Of a stretch of 41,943 nt of DNA, positions 27,220 to 36,908 are shown piece after piece. How positions within the stretch are numbered: position 1 is the first letter of the stretch; the number at the start of each line of letters is the position of its first letter. The notes below the pieces were generated by a model. The model had not been told where the DNA came from, made no database searches, and saw only the letters and a program-made list of their open reading frames with translations. The translations under genes were made by a program, and so were the position numbers. The DNA lies in the sequence record SRR22947725_3577. One strand, given 5' to 3'.

Positions 27220-27891
27220 TTAGGATGTCTCCTCGCCTTTGGCTTGAAGGGCAAAGAATTCTGAGGGTGAGTTGCCAAAGGGCTGCATTGCATGTTCTCT
27301 GAAGGCTGGACGTTCTTTAAGCCTATCGTACCAGGCTTCAATGCCTGGAAGTGGGGGCCTTTTGATATCCAAAACAAAATATTTATGAATTAAAACGCCT
27401 AAGGGAATATCTCCAAAAGTGAACTGATCTCCGGCGATAAAGTTATTATGAATTAAATGCTCATTAAGTACTTTAAGAATATCACCACTTTGCTGAGCCA
27501 TTTCAGCAATCTTAGCATAGTCTCTGTCTTTCTCTTCAGTCCTTACAAGTTGCCAAAAAACAGGGAAAAATGTCCCCATAAAGCTATCTGTTGACCAGGT
27601 CATCCACTGGTCAGATATGGCTGCTTTTTGAGGGTCTTCAGGATACAAGCTCCCTAGACCATATTGCCTTGCAAGGTAACGAATGACTGCGTGAGACTCC
27701 CACATTACAAAGCCGTTATCTCGAATGGTGGGTATCTTAGAGTTTGGGTTTAGAGCTTTATATTCATTAGTTTCAAGATCTCCAGTCTCAGCGCCTATGG
27801 AGTGTCTCTTGAAGTTAACTCCAAGCTCAGAAAGCGTCCAAAGTACCTGAATTACTTGATTGGCATTTTTTCTACCCCAAAGTTCTAGCAT
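27220..27891 (-). CDS. Glutathione S-transferase (GstB-like)
   Basis: LWGRKNANQV, LNPNSKIPTI, WESHAVIRYL, FTFGDI. Confidence 0.88.
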   Translation of the reverse strand: MLELWGRKNANQVIQVLWTLSELGVNFKRHSIGAETGDLETNEYKALNPNSKIPTIRDNGFVMWESHAVIRYLARQYGLGSLYPEDPQKAAISDQWMTWSTDSFMGTFFPVFWQLVRTEEKDRDYAKIAEMAQQSGDILKVLNEHLIHNNFIAGDQFTFGDIPLGVLIHKYFVLDIKRPPLPGIEAWYDRLKERPAFREHAMQPFGNSPSEFFALQAKGEETS

Positions 27892-27910
27892 GTATTACCT
27901 CTCCTAATTC

Positions 27911-29071
27911 TTAAGCTCCATCTGGATCAAATCTAGGCATCACTCTTTCTGAGAAAAGAGTCATGCTCTTGAGTATCTTTTGATAATCAAAGCCCGGGAA
28001 TTGCTGCAGTAGCATAATGTGTTTAAGACCTATTGATTCATGATATTTTTGAATTTTTTCAGAGACATAGTCAGCATCTCCAACCCAGATAAGCTCATAT
28101 TTCATAAGAAAGTCAAACCACTCACCATTCAGGTCTTCATCCGTTGGGTTAGCATCATCATCAAGGTAGGCTTTTCGAGTCCAGCTTCCCTCTGGCCTTG
28201 AGCCGCTGAGATATTCATAGTAACCATTAATGGCAGCCCTTACATCTTTGTCAGCTTGCTCCATTGTCTCAGCAACATAAATAACAGTACATACTCCTAC
28301 ACCATCGCCTCTTTGATGATCTGTTCCATCATTTGACTCCGCGTTAGCATATGCATCCCAGCAGCTCACAAGTTTTCCAGGAGGGCTTGACATTCCTATG
28401 ACCTTAAAGCCTCTCTCAGATGCCAATTTATAGGTATGAGGAGAGTTTGACATTAACCATACTGGAGGGTGTGGATCCTGATAAGGTCTTGGATGAATAT
28501 ACATACCAGTATATCCCCCGTCTTCAGAGTGATACTCTTTCTCAAGAGGCATTAGAAAGCGGTTTGTTTCTTTCCAACCAGGCACAGGAAACTCATAAAA
28601 TTCTCCTTTATGTTTGAAAGGATCTTGCGTCCAAGCTTTTAAAATGACCTCAAGAGACTCCATAAAGAGTCTATAACTTTTCTCGTTATCTCTTCGATCA
28701 GCCTCTTTATTGAACTGAAGTGTGACTCTTTCATTAATCCCTTTAGCAACTCCAAAGTCAACCCTACCCTCTGTCATATTATCGAGAAGAGCTATATCCT
28801 CTGCTACCCTAAGTGGATGCCAGTCAGGAAGAACAATGGGCGCCTGACCAACTCGTATTTTTTTTGAGTGAGATGCTAAATCAAGTGACATCATTATAGG
28901 GTTTGGAGGGGCATTTAGATAGCCATTATGAGCAAAGTGATGTTCAGTAAGCCATACAGTTGTAAAGTCAGCTTGCTCAGCAAGATTTGTTTGCTCTCTC
29001 ATCATTTTGACGACACGATTCCATGGAATATTTTCACCAGGATTAAAGAATGGAACAAAGTCAAATCTCAT
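27911..29071 (-). CDS. Luciferase-like (LLM class) flavin-dependent monooxygenase
   Basis: VWLTEHHF, WHPLRVAEDIALLDNMTEGRVDFGVAKG, PRPYQDPHPPVW. Confidence 0.9.
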   Translation of the reverse strand: MRFDFVPFFNPGENIPWNRVVKMMREQTNLAEQADFTTVWLTEHHFAHNGYLNAPPNPIMMSLDLASHSKKIRVGQAPIVLPDWHPLRVAEDIALLDNMTEGRVDFGVAKGINERVTLQFNKEADRRDNEKSYRLFMESLEVILKAWTQDPFKHKGEFYEFPVPGWKETNRFLMPLEKEYHSEDGGYTGMYIHPRPYQDPHPPVWLMSNSPHTYKLASERGFKVIGMSSPPGKLVSCWDAYANAESNDGTDHQRGDGVGVCTVIYVAETMEQADKDVRAAINGYYEYLSGSRPEGSWTRKAYLDDDANPTDEDLNGEWFDFLMKYELIWVGDADYVSEKIQKYHESIGLKHIMLLQQFPGFDYQKILKSMTLFSERVMPRFDPDGA

Positions 29072-29140
29072 AATAATTCATACAAGAAAAACAAATTGGA
29101 ATGATAATTTAAAAAGCATTGAAGTTCAAGACAAAAAAAA

Positions 29141-30892
29141 TTAAGATTTAAGTTCTTCTATAAGGATTTTGAGGTTTGACTCGTATTTTTTCCAAGCTTC
29201 TGAGCTTCCTTGATACATTTTGCCTCTAACTTGATCTTTGCTTGCAGTCAATACCGATCGTTTATTATTATAGAAATGTAAACAGTTTTCATCCCAATTC
29301 AAATTACAGTAATCCAAGAGTTTCCTTGTCTCTAGCTCTTGGTTAGTGGTCAAGATTTCATATTGAAGATCATAAATTTTATTTGGAAATTTTTTATGCC
29401 AAAAAATCATCAGCTCTTCGTATAGCTTGTAGTAATTTGCTAAATCCTCTAGATTATTACTAAAACCAAGACCACTCTGGGAAAAATTAGTCTTGTAATT
29501 TGACCAACATATCGCCTTAGGGTCTCTTTTAAGGTGAATAATTTTTGCCTCAGGTAAGGCATCTAAGATATATCCAATATATTGAAAATTTAAGAGTGAT
29601 TTATCAGTAAAAATACTTTCAGAAAAATCTAGTTGTGAAACTGAATCAATATATTTTTGTCTTATGACCTCAAAGGATATTTTATCTTGATTGTCGGTAA
29701 TAACTGGGTTGAGAATTTTTCGTAATAAATCTAGTTCTCCAGCACCATAAATCTCTTTATGACTTGATAGGATTTGCTCTAAGAGAGTTGATCCACAGCG
29801 CGGCATTCCTACAATAAAAATTGGCCTATTTTTTATTGATAAACTATTTTTTGATTCTGAAAGAGGAGTACTCGATGAATTATAAAATCTTTTAATTGAG
29901 ATAAATTTTTTCTTATCATTATTAAATGAGTAACCTAATAGATTTTTTCTTAGTTTATTAGCTTTATTTAAAAACTCAAAAAATTTTTCATGTTCCTGCT
30001 CTTTTTCATATACGTTTGCTAAAGTATAGTTCAAAATAATTTGGTCATTTAGGCCAAGGGTATCATTTCTGAGAAGTGATTCTAAATTACTCAGTTTTTC
30101 AGAATCCAGAACATATTTAGTATCATTAGATAACTCATAGAGTGCGCTTACTAAAGTTGGGTCAATATTAAGTGCTTTTTCAAAGTTTTCAATAGATTTA
30201 ATTGGCTGGCCCTTATGTTTATATAAAATTCCAATAAAGACATAGGCTTCAGCAAATTTTGGATCAACTTCTAGTAATCTCTTATAACTTTGCATCGCTA
30301 AATTAAGTTTGCCTAGCTGATGGTATGTGTGGCCTAAATTAATTTGAGCCCTTTGGAAATATTGATTGAGTGATAATGCTTTCTTAAAACTATTGATTGC
30401 TTTATTAATCTCGTTGAGCTCTAGATAGGTTAAACCCAAATTATTAAACGCCTCAGCAAAATTTGGGTTAATCCTTACTGCATGGTTTAAGTGAATAATT
30501 CCCTCTTCGAATCTCTCAGTTTGAGTCAAAGCCAAACCTAAATTATTGTGAGCATCAAAATAATCAGGCTTTATTGAAATTGCTTCTTGATAGCTTTTAA
30601 TGGAGTCAATTTTTTTACCAGACTTATTCTGAACAACCCCTAAATTATAAAAGGCCTGAGTATAATTTGGAAAAATTGAAATTGCTTGTTTGAAGCTTTT
30701 AATTGAGTAATTTAACTGATTATTTGCTTCAAAACAAGCACCTTGAAGGTTGAAAAGAATTGCGTGATTAGGAAACTCATTAATCAACGCATTTACAGCT
30801 TCAAGGGCCTTATTTACTTTTCCAGTATTTAAAAAATTTACTACTATTTCGAGTTGTTCTCTACTAAATTCATTCGGATTTTGCTTTGACAT
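29141..30892 (-). CDS. TPR-repeat sulfotransferase-family protein
   Basis: TPRs (AHNNLG, AFYNLG) followed by PIFIVGMPRCGSTLLEQIL (PAPS loop), VLTASKDQVR. Confidence 0.9.
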   Translation of the reverse strand: MSKQNPNEFSREQLEIVVNFLNTGKVNKALEAVNALINEFPNHAILFNLQGACFEANNQLNYSIKSFKQAISIFPNYTQAFYNLGVVQNKSGKKIDSIKSYQEAISIKPDYFDAHNNLGLALTQTERFEEGIIHLNHAVRINPNFAEAFNNLGLTYLELNEINKAINSFKKALSLNQYFQRAQINLGHTYHQLGKLNLAMQSYKRLLEVDPKFAEAYVFIGILYKHKGQPIKSIENFEKALNIDPTLVSALYELSNDTKYVLDSEKLSNLESLLRNDTLGLNDQIILNYTLANVYEKEQEHEKFFEFLNKANKLRKNLLGYSFNNDKKKFISIKRFYNSSSTPLSESKNSLSIKNRPIFIVGMPRCGSTLLEQILSSHKEIYGAGELDLLRKILNPVITDNQDKISFEVIRQKYIDSVSQLDFSESIFTDKSLLNFQYIGYILDALPEAKIIHLKRDPKAICWSNYKTNFSQSGLGFSNNLEDLANYYKLYEELMIFWHKKFPNKIYDLQYEILTTNQELETRKLLDYCNLNWDENCLHFYNNKRSVLTASKDQVRGKMYQGSSEAWKKYESNLKILIEELKS

Positions 30893-31106
30893 AGTATTAT
30901 TGATTGCTCTTTTATCTTTTGCACTGGTTGATCCAATAAATTTTTTCAGATAGAATCAATAATGAAATAAAAATAAATCTCAAAAAAATCATAAGTGTTT
31001 AAATAGGTTTTTATCTAATATACTTATTGTAAATATATTAATTAAAATTAGCCAATAAAATGAAAAATTTATTTACTTTAATTTTACGTTAATAATCCTT
31101 TAAGAT

Positions 31107-33917
31107 TTGAAGTCAAAAGTGTCTAATAATAACATAGAATCCATTCTAACTCTTTTTTCTAAACAGCAGTTTAATGAAGCATTAGACGCCATTCAAGAGT
31201 TAATTGATAATGATCCGTATGACGCTCTTCTATTCAATATTCAGGGTGCTTGTTATGCGGGCTTAAATAAATTTATCCTTGCTAAGGAGAGCTATATAAA
31301 AGCTATAGTGCTTAATCCAGAATATGCAAAAGCTCACTATAATCTTGCAGGCGCACTGCATGAGCTTGATGAGTTTGATGCCTCTATACAGTCATATCAA
31401 AATGCCTTAGTGATTGAATCTGATTATGCTGAAGCACATAATAACCTTGGTAATATTTTTAAGGAAATAGGTCAATTAGATTTAGCAATAAAATCCTATG
31501 AAAAAGCAATTGCTATAAAACCTAATTATGTTGAGTCGCATTACAGCCTTGGGACTTCGTTCTATGAGTCGGAAAAACTTGAAGAAACAGTGAAATGTTA
31601 TGAGAGGGTGATCGAGCTTAGACCGAGCTTTACAGAAATGCATAATAATCTAGGAAATGTCTTAAAGGAGCTTGGAAGATCAGAAGAAGCTGTTTTATCT
31701 TATAACAAGGCGATTTCAATTGATCCAGATTTTGTTGAGGTATATTTTAATTTGGGGGCAACTTTTCAAGAGCTAAATCAATTAGAAAATTCAGTAAAAC
31801 AGTATAAAAAAGCAATTGATATTAAACCTGACTATCCTGAAGCGCATAATAATCTTGGTGCTGCTTTTAAAGAGTTAAAGGAATTTGAATCTTCAATTAA
31901 AGCTTATCAAATGGCAATAAATTTCAAGCCTGATTATGCAGAAGCTCACAATAATATCGGAATTGTATACAAGGAATTGGGGCAACTAGATGATGCAATT
32001 AAGAGTCATGAGTTGGCTCTCAATATATTTCCGGATTATGCTGAAGCCCATAATAATCTTGGGATAATACTAATGGAGGGTACGCAATTAAATGAAGCTA
32101 TAGAAAGATTTAAGAAAGCGATAGTATCAGATCCTAATTTTGTAGAGGCTTACAATAATCTTGGAAGTGTTCTTATGGAATTAAATGATTTTGATTTATC
32201 ATTAGAAAATTTTCAGAAGGCACTCTCAATTGACCCTAATTATGCTGAAGCTCATAATAATCTTGGTATTTTGTTTATGGATTTGGGTCAATTAGATGAA
32301 GCAGTTGAGTGTTTTCAAAAGGCAATTAAAACTAATTTGAACTATGCGTTCGCATTAAATAATTTAGGAATTACCTACAATCGACTCAATAACTTTGATG
32401 AATCAGAAGAATGTTTTAAAAAAGCTATAAATATTAATCCTGATTATTTTGATGCATATTGTAACTACGCGAACTTATTAAATGATTTAGGTAATTTAGA
32501 TAAAGCTCTTGCAAACTATGAGCGCGCCTATGAGCTTGATCCAAACGCTGATTATATGCTAGGAAACATATTGCATGCCAAAATGCATATTTGTGCTTGG
32601 GATAATTATTCTAATCAACTTCTTGACTTACAAAATAAAATTAATGATGGCAAAAGGATGATTAGTCCATTTGCCTTAATGGCATTAATTGATGACCCCA
32701 AACTCCAGAAAAAAACAAATCAAATTTATGTCCAAGATAAATATCCAAAGAGTCGTATTTTGCCGAAAATAGATAATTACACAAAACATAAAAAAATTCG
32801 ACTAGGCTATATTTCTGGAGATTTTAGAGAACATCCTGTATCTAGTCTAACAGCTGAGCTATATGAGGTTCATGATAGAAGTAAATTTGAGGTTTATGCT
32901 TTCTCATATGGTCCAAATACTCAAGATGAAATGAATCTTCGGATTAAAGCAGGTGTGGATCACTTTCATGATGTTCGGAAGATGTCCCATAAAGATACTG
33001 CAATGCTTGTAAGAAAGCTTGAAATTGATATTGTAATTGATCTGGGAGGCTTTACTGCTAATTCAAGGACTGGGATTTTTACCATGAGAGCTGCACCAAT
33101 TCAGATCAGCTATATAGGTTATCTTGGGACAATGGGCGCTAGCTATTATGATTATTTGATTGCTGACTATGAGCTAATACCGGAGGATAGTCAACAACAT
33201 TATGAAGAAAAAATTATTTATTTACCAAGTTACCAAGTTAATGACTCTAAAGCAACGTTACCAAAGAGAGTTTTTACACGAAAGGATTTAGGGCTTCCTG
33301 AAAAGAGTTTTGTATTCTGCTGTTTTAATAATGTCTATAAAATAACACCAAATGTATTTGATAGTTGGGCTAAGATACTTAAAAGTGTTGAGGACAGTGT
33401 ATTATTTATTTTTGTAGAGAATGAGTCTGCAAAGGCCAATTTAATAAAAGAAATTATGATAAGGGGTATAGATCCTAAAAGACTAATTTTTGCTGAAAGG
33501 TTATCAAGACTGGAGCATATAGCAAGATACCGACTTGTGGATCTATTCCTAGATACTCATCCATGTAATGCTGGAGCTACTGCAAGTGATGCTCTCAGGA
33601 TGGGTTTACCAATTTTGACACTAAAGGGTATGTCTTTTCCATCTAGGGTTGGATCGAGTTTACTTAATTCTATAAATTTGCCAGAATTAATTACAACTAC
33701 TTCTGAAGAGTATGTTTCTTTAGCAATTGAGCTGGCAACAAATCCAAAAAAACTGAAAGTTATTAAAGAAAAACTAATAAATAATTTATCTTCAACTCCA
33801 CTTTTTAATACACTTTTGTTTGCAAAAAACTTTGAATCGGCCTGCCAAATTATTTATAAGAACTATCATCTAGGACTTGATAATGATCATATTCAAATAG
33901 AAGAGATAAGTGAATAA
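31107..33917 (+). CDS. TPR-repeat O-GlcNAc transferase / SPINDLY-family (GT41) protein
   Basis: Many TPRs (PDYAEAHNNLG), RLGYISGDFREHPV, APIQISYIGYLGT, FCCFNNVYKI, DLFLDTHP; start may instead be GTG at 31119. Confidence 0.9.
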   Translation: MKSKVSNNNIESILTLFSKQQFNEALDAIQELIDNDPYDALLFNIQGACYAGLNKFILAKESYIKAIVLNPEYAKAHYNLAGALHELDEFDASIQSYQNALVIESDYAEAHNNLGNIFKEIGQLDLAIKSYEKAIAIKPNYVESHYSLGTSFYESEKLEETVKCYERVIELRPSFTEMHNNLGNVLKELGRSEEAVLSYNKAISIDPDFVEVYFNLGATFQELNQLENSVKQYKKAIDIKPDYPEAHNNLGAAFKELKEFESSIKAYQMAINFKPDYAEAHNNIGIVYKELGQLDDAIKSHELALNIFPDYAEAHNNLGIILMEGTQLNEAIERFKKAIVSDPNFVEAYNNLGSVLMELNDFDLSLENFQKALSIDPNYAEAHNNLGILFMDLGQLDEAVECFQKAIKTNLNYAFALNNLGITYNRLNNFDESEECFKKAININPDYFDAYCNYANLLNDLGNLDKALANYERAYELDPNADYMLGNILHAKMHICAWDNYSNQLLDLQNKINDGKRMISPFALMALIDDPKLQKKTNQIYVQDKYPKSRILPKIDNYTKHKKIRLGYISGDFREHPVSSLTAELYEVHDRSKFEVYAFSYGPNTQDEMNLRIKAGVDHFHDVRKMSHKDTAMLVRKLEIDIVIDLGGFTANSRTGIFTMRAAPIQISYIGYLGTMGASYYDYLIADYELIPEDSQQHYEEKIIYLPSYQVNDSKATLPKRVFTRKDLGLPEKSFVFCCFNNVYKITPNVFDSWAKILKSVEDSVLFIFVENESAKANLIKEIMIRGIDPKRLIFAERLSRLEHIARYRLVDLFLDTHPCNAGATASDALRMGLPILTLKGMSFPSRVGSSLLNSINLPELITTTSEEYVSLAIELATNPKKLKVIKEKLINNLSSTPLFNTLLFAKNFESACQIIYKNYHLGLDNDHIQIEEISE

Positions 33918-33977
33918 TGATATATATTTATTAAAAGTATATAAAAGGAATTTAGTCAATGAAAAAAGCTGTTATCC

Positions 33978-34925
33978 GTGAGTGATACAATTATTAAAGT
34001 AATCCTTCCTGAGAGGCTGAATGGAGAAAGAATTGATTCGTCTTTAGCTGAAATGCTCCCGCATTTCTCAAGATCTAAAATAACTTCATCGATTAAATCT
34101 GGCTTGGCTTTAATTAATGAAGCTCCATTTAAACCAAAAGATAAAGTTAGTGGAAATGAAGTTGTAAATATATCATTAATTCAAAAGGACCCGATAAGCT
34201 GGGCTTCTGAAAATATTCCCTTAGATATTGTTTTTGAGGATGATAACATTATAGTTATTAACAAGCCATTTGGATTGGTTACTCATCCTGGTGCTGGAAA
34301 TTGGAATGGTACATTGGCAAATGCACTATTAAATTATGATTCTAGTTTGTCAAAACTAGATAGAGCTGGAATTGTTCACCGTCTGGATAAAAATACATCT
34401 GGCTTGATGGTTATTTCAAAAAACGCAAAGTCACAAAAATTTCTTGTGGAGCAACTTCAATCCCACTTAGTGGAGAGAGAATATTCTGCCATTGTCTATG
34501 GGCATATGATCTCAGGTGGTTCTATCAATGAACCTATTGGAAGAGACCCTAAAGACAGAGTTAAACAGGCCATTTTGAAAAATGGAAAAGCTTCAAAAAC
34601 TCATTATAGAGTTATTGATCGATTCAAAAGCCATACTCACGTTAAAGCCATTTTAGAGACTGGTAGAACTCATCAAATCCGTGTTCACTTATCTCACATA
34701 GGATACCCTTTGATTGGAGATCCAATGTATGGTGGAAGAGTACGTTTTCCAAAAAAAGCCAATCAAGAATTGAAAAGTGCCATCATCAATTTTGATAGAC
34801 AGGCACTTCATTCGAAAAAATTAACTTTGAATCATCCAGTTACTGGTAAATCAATGAGTTGGAAGGTAGATCTTCCAAATGATATGCGAGAACTTTTGAA
34901 TACTTTTAGAAAATTTGATACTTAA
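33978..34925 (+). CDS. rluD: 23S rRNA pseudouridine synthase RluD
   Basis: S4 domain, INKPFGLVTHPGAG, GIVHRLDKNTSG, LETGRTHQIRVH; upstream of pgeF. Confidence 0.93.
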   Translation: MSDTIIKVILPERLNGERIDSSLAEMLPHFSRSKITSSIKSGLALINEAPFKPKDKVSGNEVVNISLIQKDPISWASENIPLDIVFEDDNIIVINKPFGLVTHPGAGNWNGTLANALLNYDSSLSKLDRAGIVHRLDKNTSGLMVISKNAKSQKFLVEQLQSHLVEREYSAIVYGHMISGGSINEPIGRDPKDRVKQAILKNGKASKTHYRVIDRFKSHTHVKAILETGRTHQIRVHLSHIGYPLIGDPMYGGRVRFPKKANQELKSAIINFDRQALHSKKLTLNHPVTGKSMSWKVDLPNDMRELLNTFRKFDT

Positions 34926-34949
34926 TTATTGATTTTGGTATAGATTGTT

Positions 34950-35666
34950 ATGAATTTTTTCCCTAAGAATGTTAACTTTATCTCAACTAAAAGAATTGCT
35001 AAGGGCGGTAATAGCACTCAAAATTATAAAAACTTTAACTTGGCCTTCCATGTGAATGATAGACGAGAGAATGTAATAGAAAATCGATCAATCCTTAAAA
35101 GTTATTATGATTTGCCATCGGAGCCGGTATGGATAAATCAAACACATTCATCCATATGTGTTGATGTTTCTTCAAAAGAAAAATTGATAGAAGCTGATGC
35201 AAGTTACACTATAAATTCAGGAGTTGTTTGCGCTGTCCTGACAGCGGACTGTCTTCCTGTCTTTGTAAGCAATAAAGAGGGCTCAATGGTTGGTATTGCG
35301 CATGCTGGATGGAAAGGGTTGGCTTTTGGGGTAATTGAAAGTCTCATTGAGTCTTTTCATTGTAATGGTGATAATTTAATTGTCCACTTAGGCCCTGCAA
35401 TTTCTGTCAAATATTTTGAAGTGGGCAAAGAGATTAAAGACTTGTATTTAACAAAAAATCAAAATTTCAATCGCTCTTTCTTGTTTCATAATAATAAGCA
35501 CTATCTTGACTTATATGATGCTGCAAAAGTAATACTAGAATCTTTCAATATAACATTAATTTCTGGAGGAGATAGGTGCACTTTTAAAGAGTATGGTGAT
35601 TATTTTTCTTATCGGCGCGATGGAGAAAATTCTGGAAGGATGGCACACCTTATTTGGAAGAAATAA
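34950..35666 (+). CDS. pgeF: PgeF/YfiH family protein
   Basis: NLAFHV, QTHS, LTADCLPV, HAGWKG, FSYRRDG; conserved rluD-pgeF synteny. Confidence 0.92.
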   Translation: MNFFPKNVNFISTKRIAKGGNSTQNYKNFNLAFHVNDRRENVIENRSILKSYYDLPSEPVWINQTHSSICVDVSSKEKLIEADASYTINSGVVCAVLTADCLPVFVSNKEGSMVGIAHAGWKGLAFGVIESLIESFHCNGDNLIVHLGPAISVKYFEVGKEIKDLYLTKNQNFNRSFLFHNNKHYLDLYDAAKVILESFNITLISGGDRCTFKEYGDYFSYRRDGENSGRMAHLIWKK

Positions 35667-35678
35667 TTTAATTTTCTA

Positions 35679-36074
35679 TTATTTTTCTTTGCCTTTTATT
35701 TGAAATTCTAATTCACCACTGATTTGATCAGGGAGATAATAATGAAGTGACTTTTGTTTACGCTGCTTTTGTTGAACAATACAGCCAAGAACTTCAAAAT
35801 TGGTATTTAATTCTATATCTTCATATTTTGAGTTGATACACCTAAGTAATTTCTTACCATTCTCTTCAAAATACTGTCGAAAATATAGATCATCTTTATA
35901 GCCAATAATGACAAAGGCCTTGTTATGAATTGGCATGGAAGGGTCAACAATAATAATACAATTTTCACTAAATTCAGGAGACATCATTTCTCCAATATTT
36001 TGGAGAGCGTATGGCTCAGAATTTGTATCACAAGTGCTTTGAAATAGAGTCCTAGAGTCTTCTAATTTTGACAT
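35679..36074 (-). CDS. Stand-alone peptidase S24-like (LexA/UmuD C-terminal) domain protein
   Basis: YALQNIGEMMSPEF...IIIVDP...LRCINSKYEDIEL...VLGCIV pattern; catalytic positions substituted. Confidence 0.65.
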   Translation of the reverse strand: MSKLEDSRTLFQSTCDTNSEPYALQNIGEMMSPEFSENCIIIVDPSMPIHNKAFVIIGYKDDLYFRQYFEENGKKLLRCINSKYEDIELNTNFEVLGCIVQQKQRKQKSLHYYLPDQISGELEFQIKGKEK

Positions 36075-36874
36075 TGAGGGCAGTAATAGGTTGAGCGTTG
36101 ATTTTGAATAATCCTTCTAATTTTACCACTACATCTAATGCATGGCTGATTTTCACGATCATAGACAGATAATACTTGTGAAAAATAACCAGGACTACCA
36201 TCAACATTTGAAAAATCATTTAGTGTTGTGCCCCCATTATTAATCGCATCTACTAAGATTTTTTTTATCGATTCTGTCAAGGTTTTGTATCGATTTTTTG
36301 AGGTCTTTCCTGATACTCTTCTAGGCGAAATACCAGCTAAAAATAAACTTTCTGAGGCATAAATATTCCCAACACCAACGACAACATTGCTATCCATAAT
36401 AAAAGCCTTAATATTTTTTGATTTACCAATAGATGAGTTATATAGGACGCTATTATTAAATTCATAGCTCAACGGCTCTGGACCAAGATTTTTTAATATT
36501 TTGAGTTGTGTTCCATTTTCTTGCCATAGGATTGATCCAAATCTTCGTGGATCATTAAATCGAATACTTGATGAATTATTTAACTTAAGCTCAAAATGCT
36601 GGTGCTTCTTTAATGGCTCATTAGTGGGAACTACACTGAGTGAGCCAGACATTCCTAGATGTATGACAAGCTGACCATCATTTAAATCTAACAAAAGATA
36701 CTTGGCGCGCCTTGAAATTTTATTAATAGTTTTATGCTTTAAAGTATCAACAAGGTGAGATGGAATCTTCCAACGAAGTTTGTTTTGGTAGATATGAATT
36801 GTTAAGATCTTTTTATCGACTATTAATGGCTCCAAGCCTCTTTTGGTAGTTTCAACTTCAGGAAGCTCGGGCAT
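36062..36874 (-). CDS. mutM: Formamidopyrimidine-DNA glycosylase
   Basis: MPELPEVET, RRAKYL, HLGMSG, DPRRFG, GVGNIYASE, C-terminal zinc finger. Confidence 0.97.
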   Translation of the reverse strand: MPELPEVETTKRGLEPLIVDKKILTIHIYQNKLRWKIPSHLVDTLKHKTINKISRRAKYLLLDLNDGQLVIHLGMSGSLSVVPTNEPLKKHQHFELKLNNSSSIRFNDPRRFGSILWQENGTQLKILKNLGPEPLSYEFNNSVLYNSSIGKSKNIKAFIMDSNVVVGVGNIYASESLFLAGISPRRVSGKTSKNRYKTLTESIKKILVDAINNGGTTLNDFSNVDGSPGYFSQVLSVYDRENQPCIRCSGKIRRIIQNQRSTYYCPQCQN

Positions 36875-36908
36875 TTTAATAAGAGTCTAAAAAAATAAGG
36901 TTACTTTA

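Noticed and set aside
27911-29071. Bacterial luciferase supplying light to the rhodopsin
   Set aside because: Single LLM gene without luxB or luxCDE; context fits a catabolic monooxygenase
31300-32560. Periodic ~102-bp nucleotide repeats (GAAGCNCAYAATAAYCTTGG) as a CRISPR-like array
   Set aside because: They are in-frame TPR coding repeats (34 aa) with synonymous variation; no cas genes
188-33977. tRNA-anchored integrative element spanning the accessory block
   Set aside because: No integrase or transposase in the window, and I found no repeat of a tRNA 3' end at the candidate right boundaries
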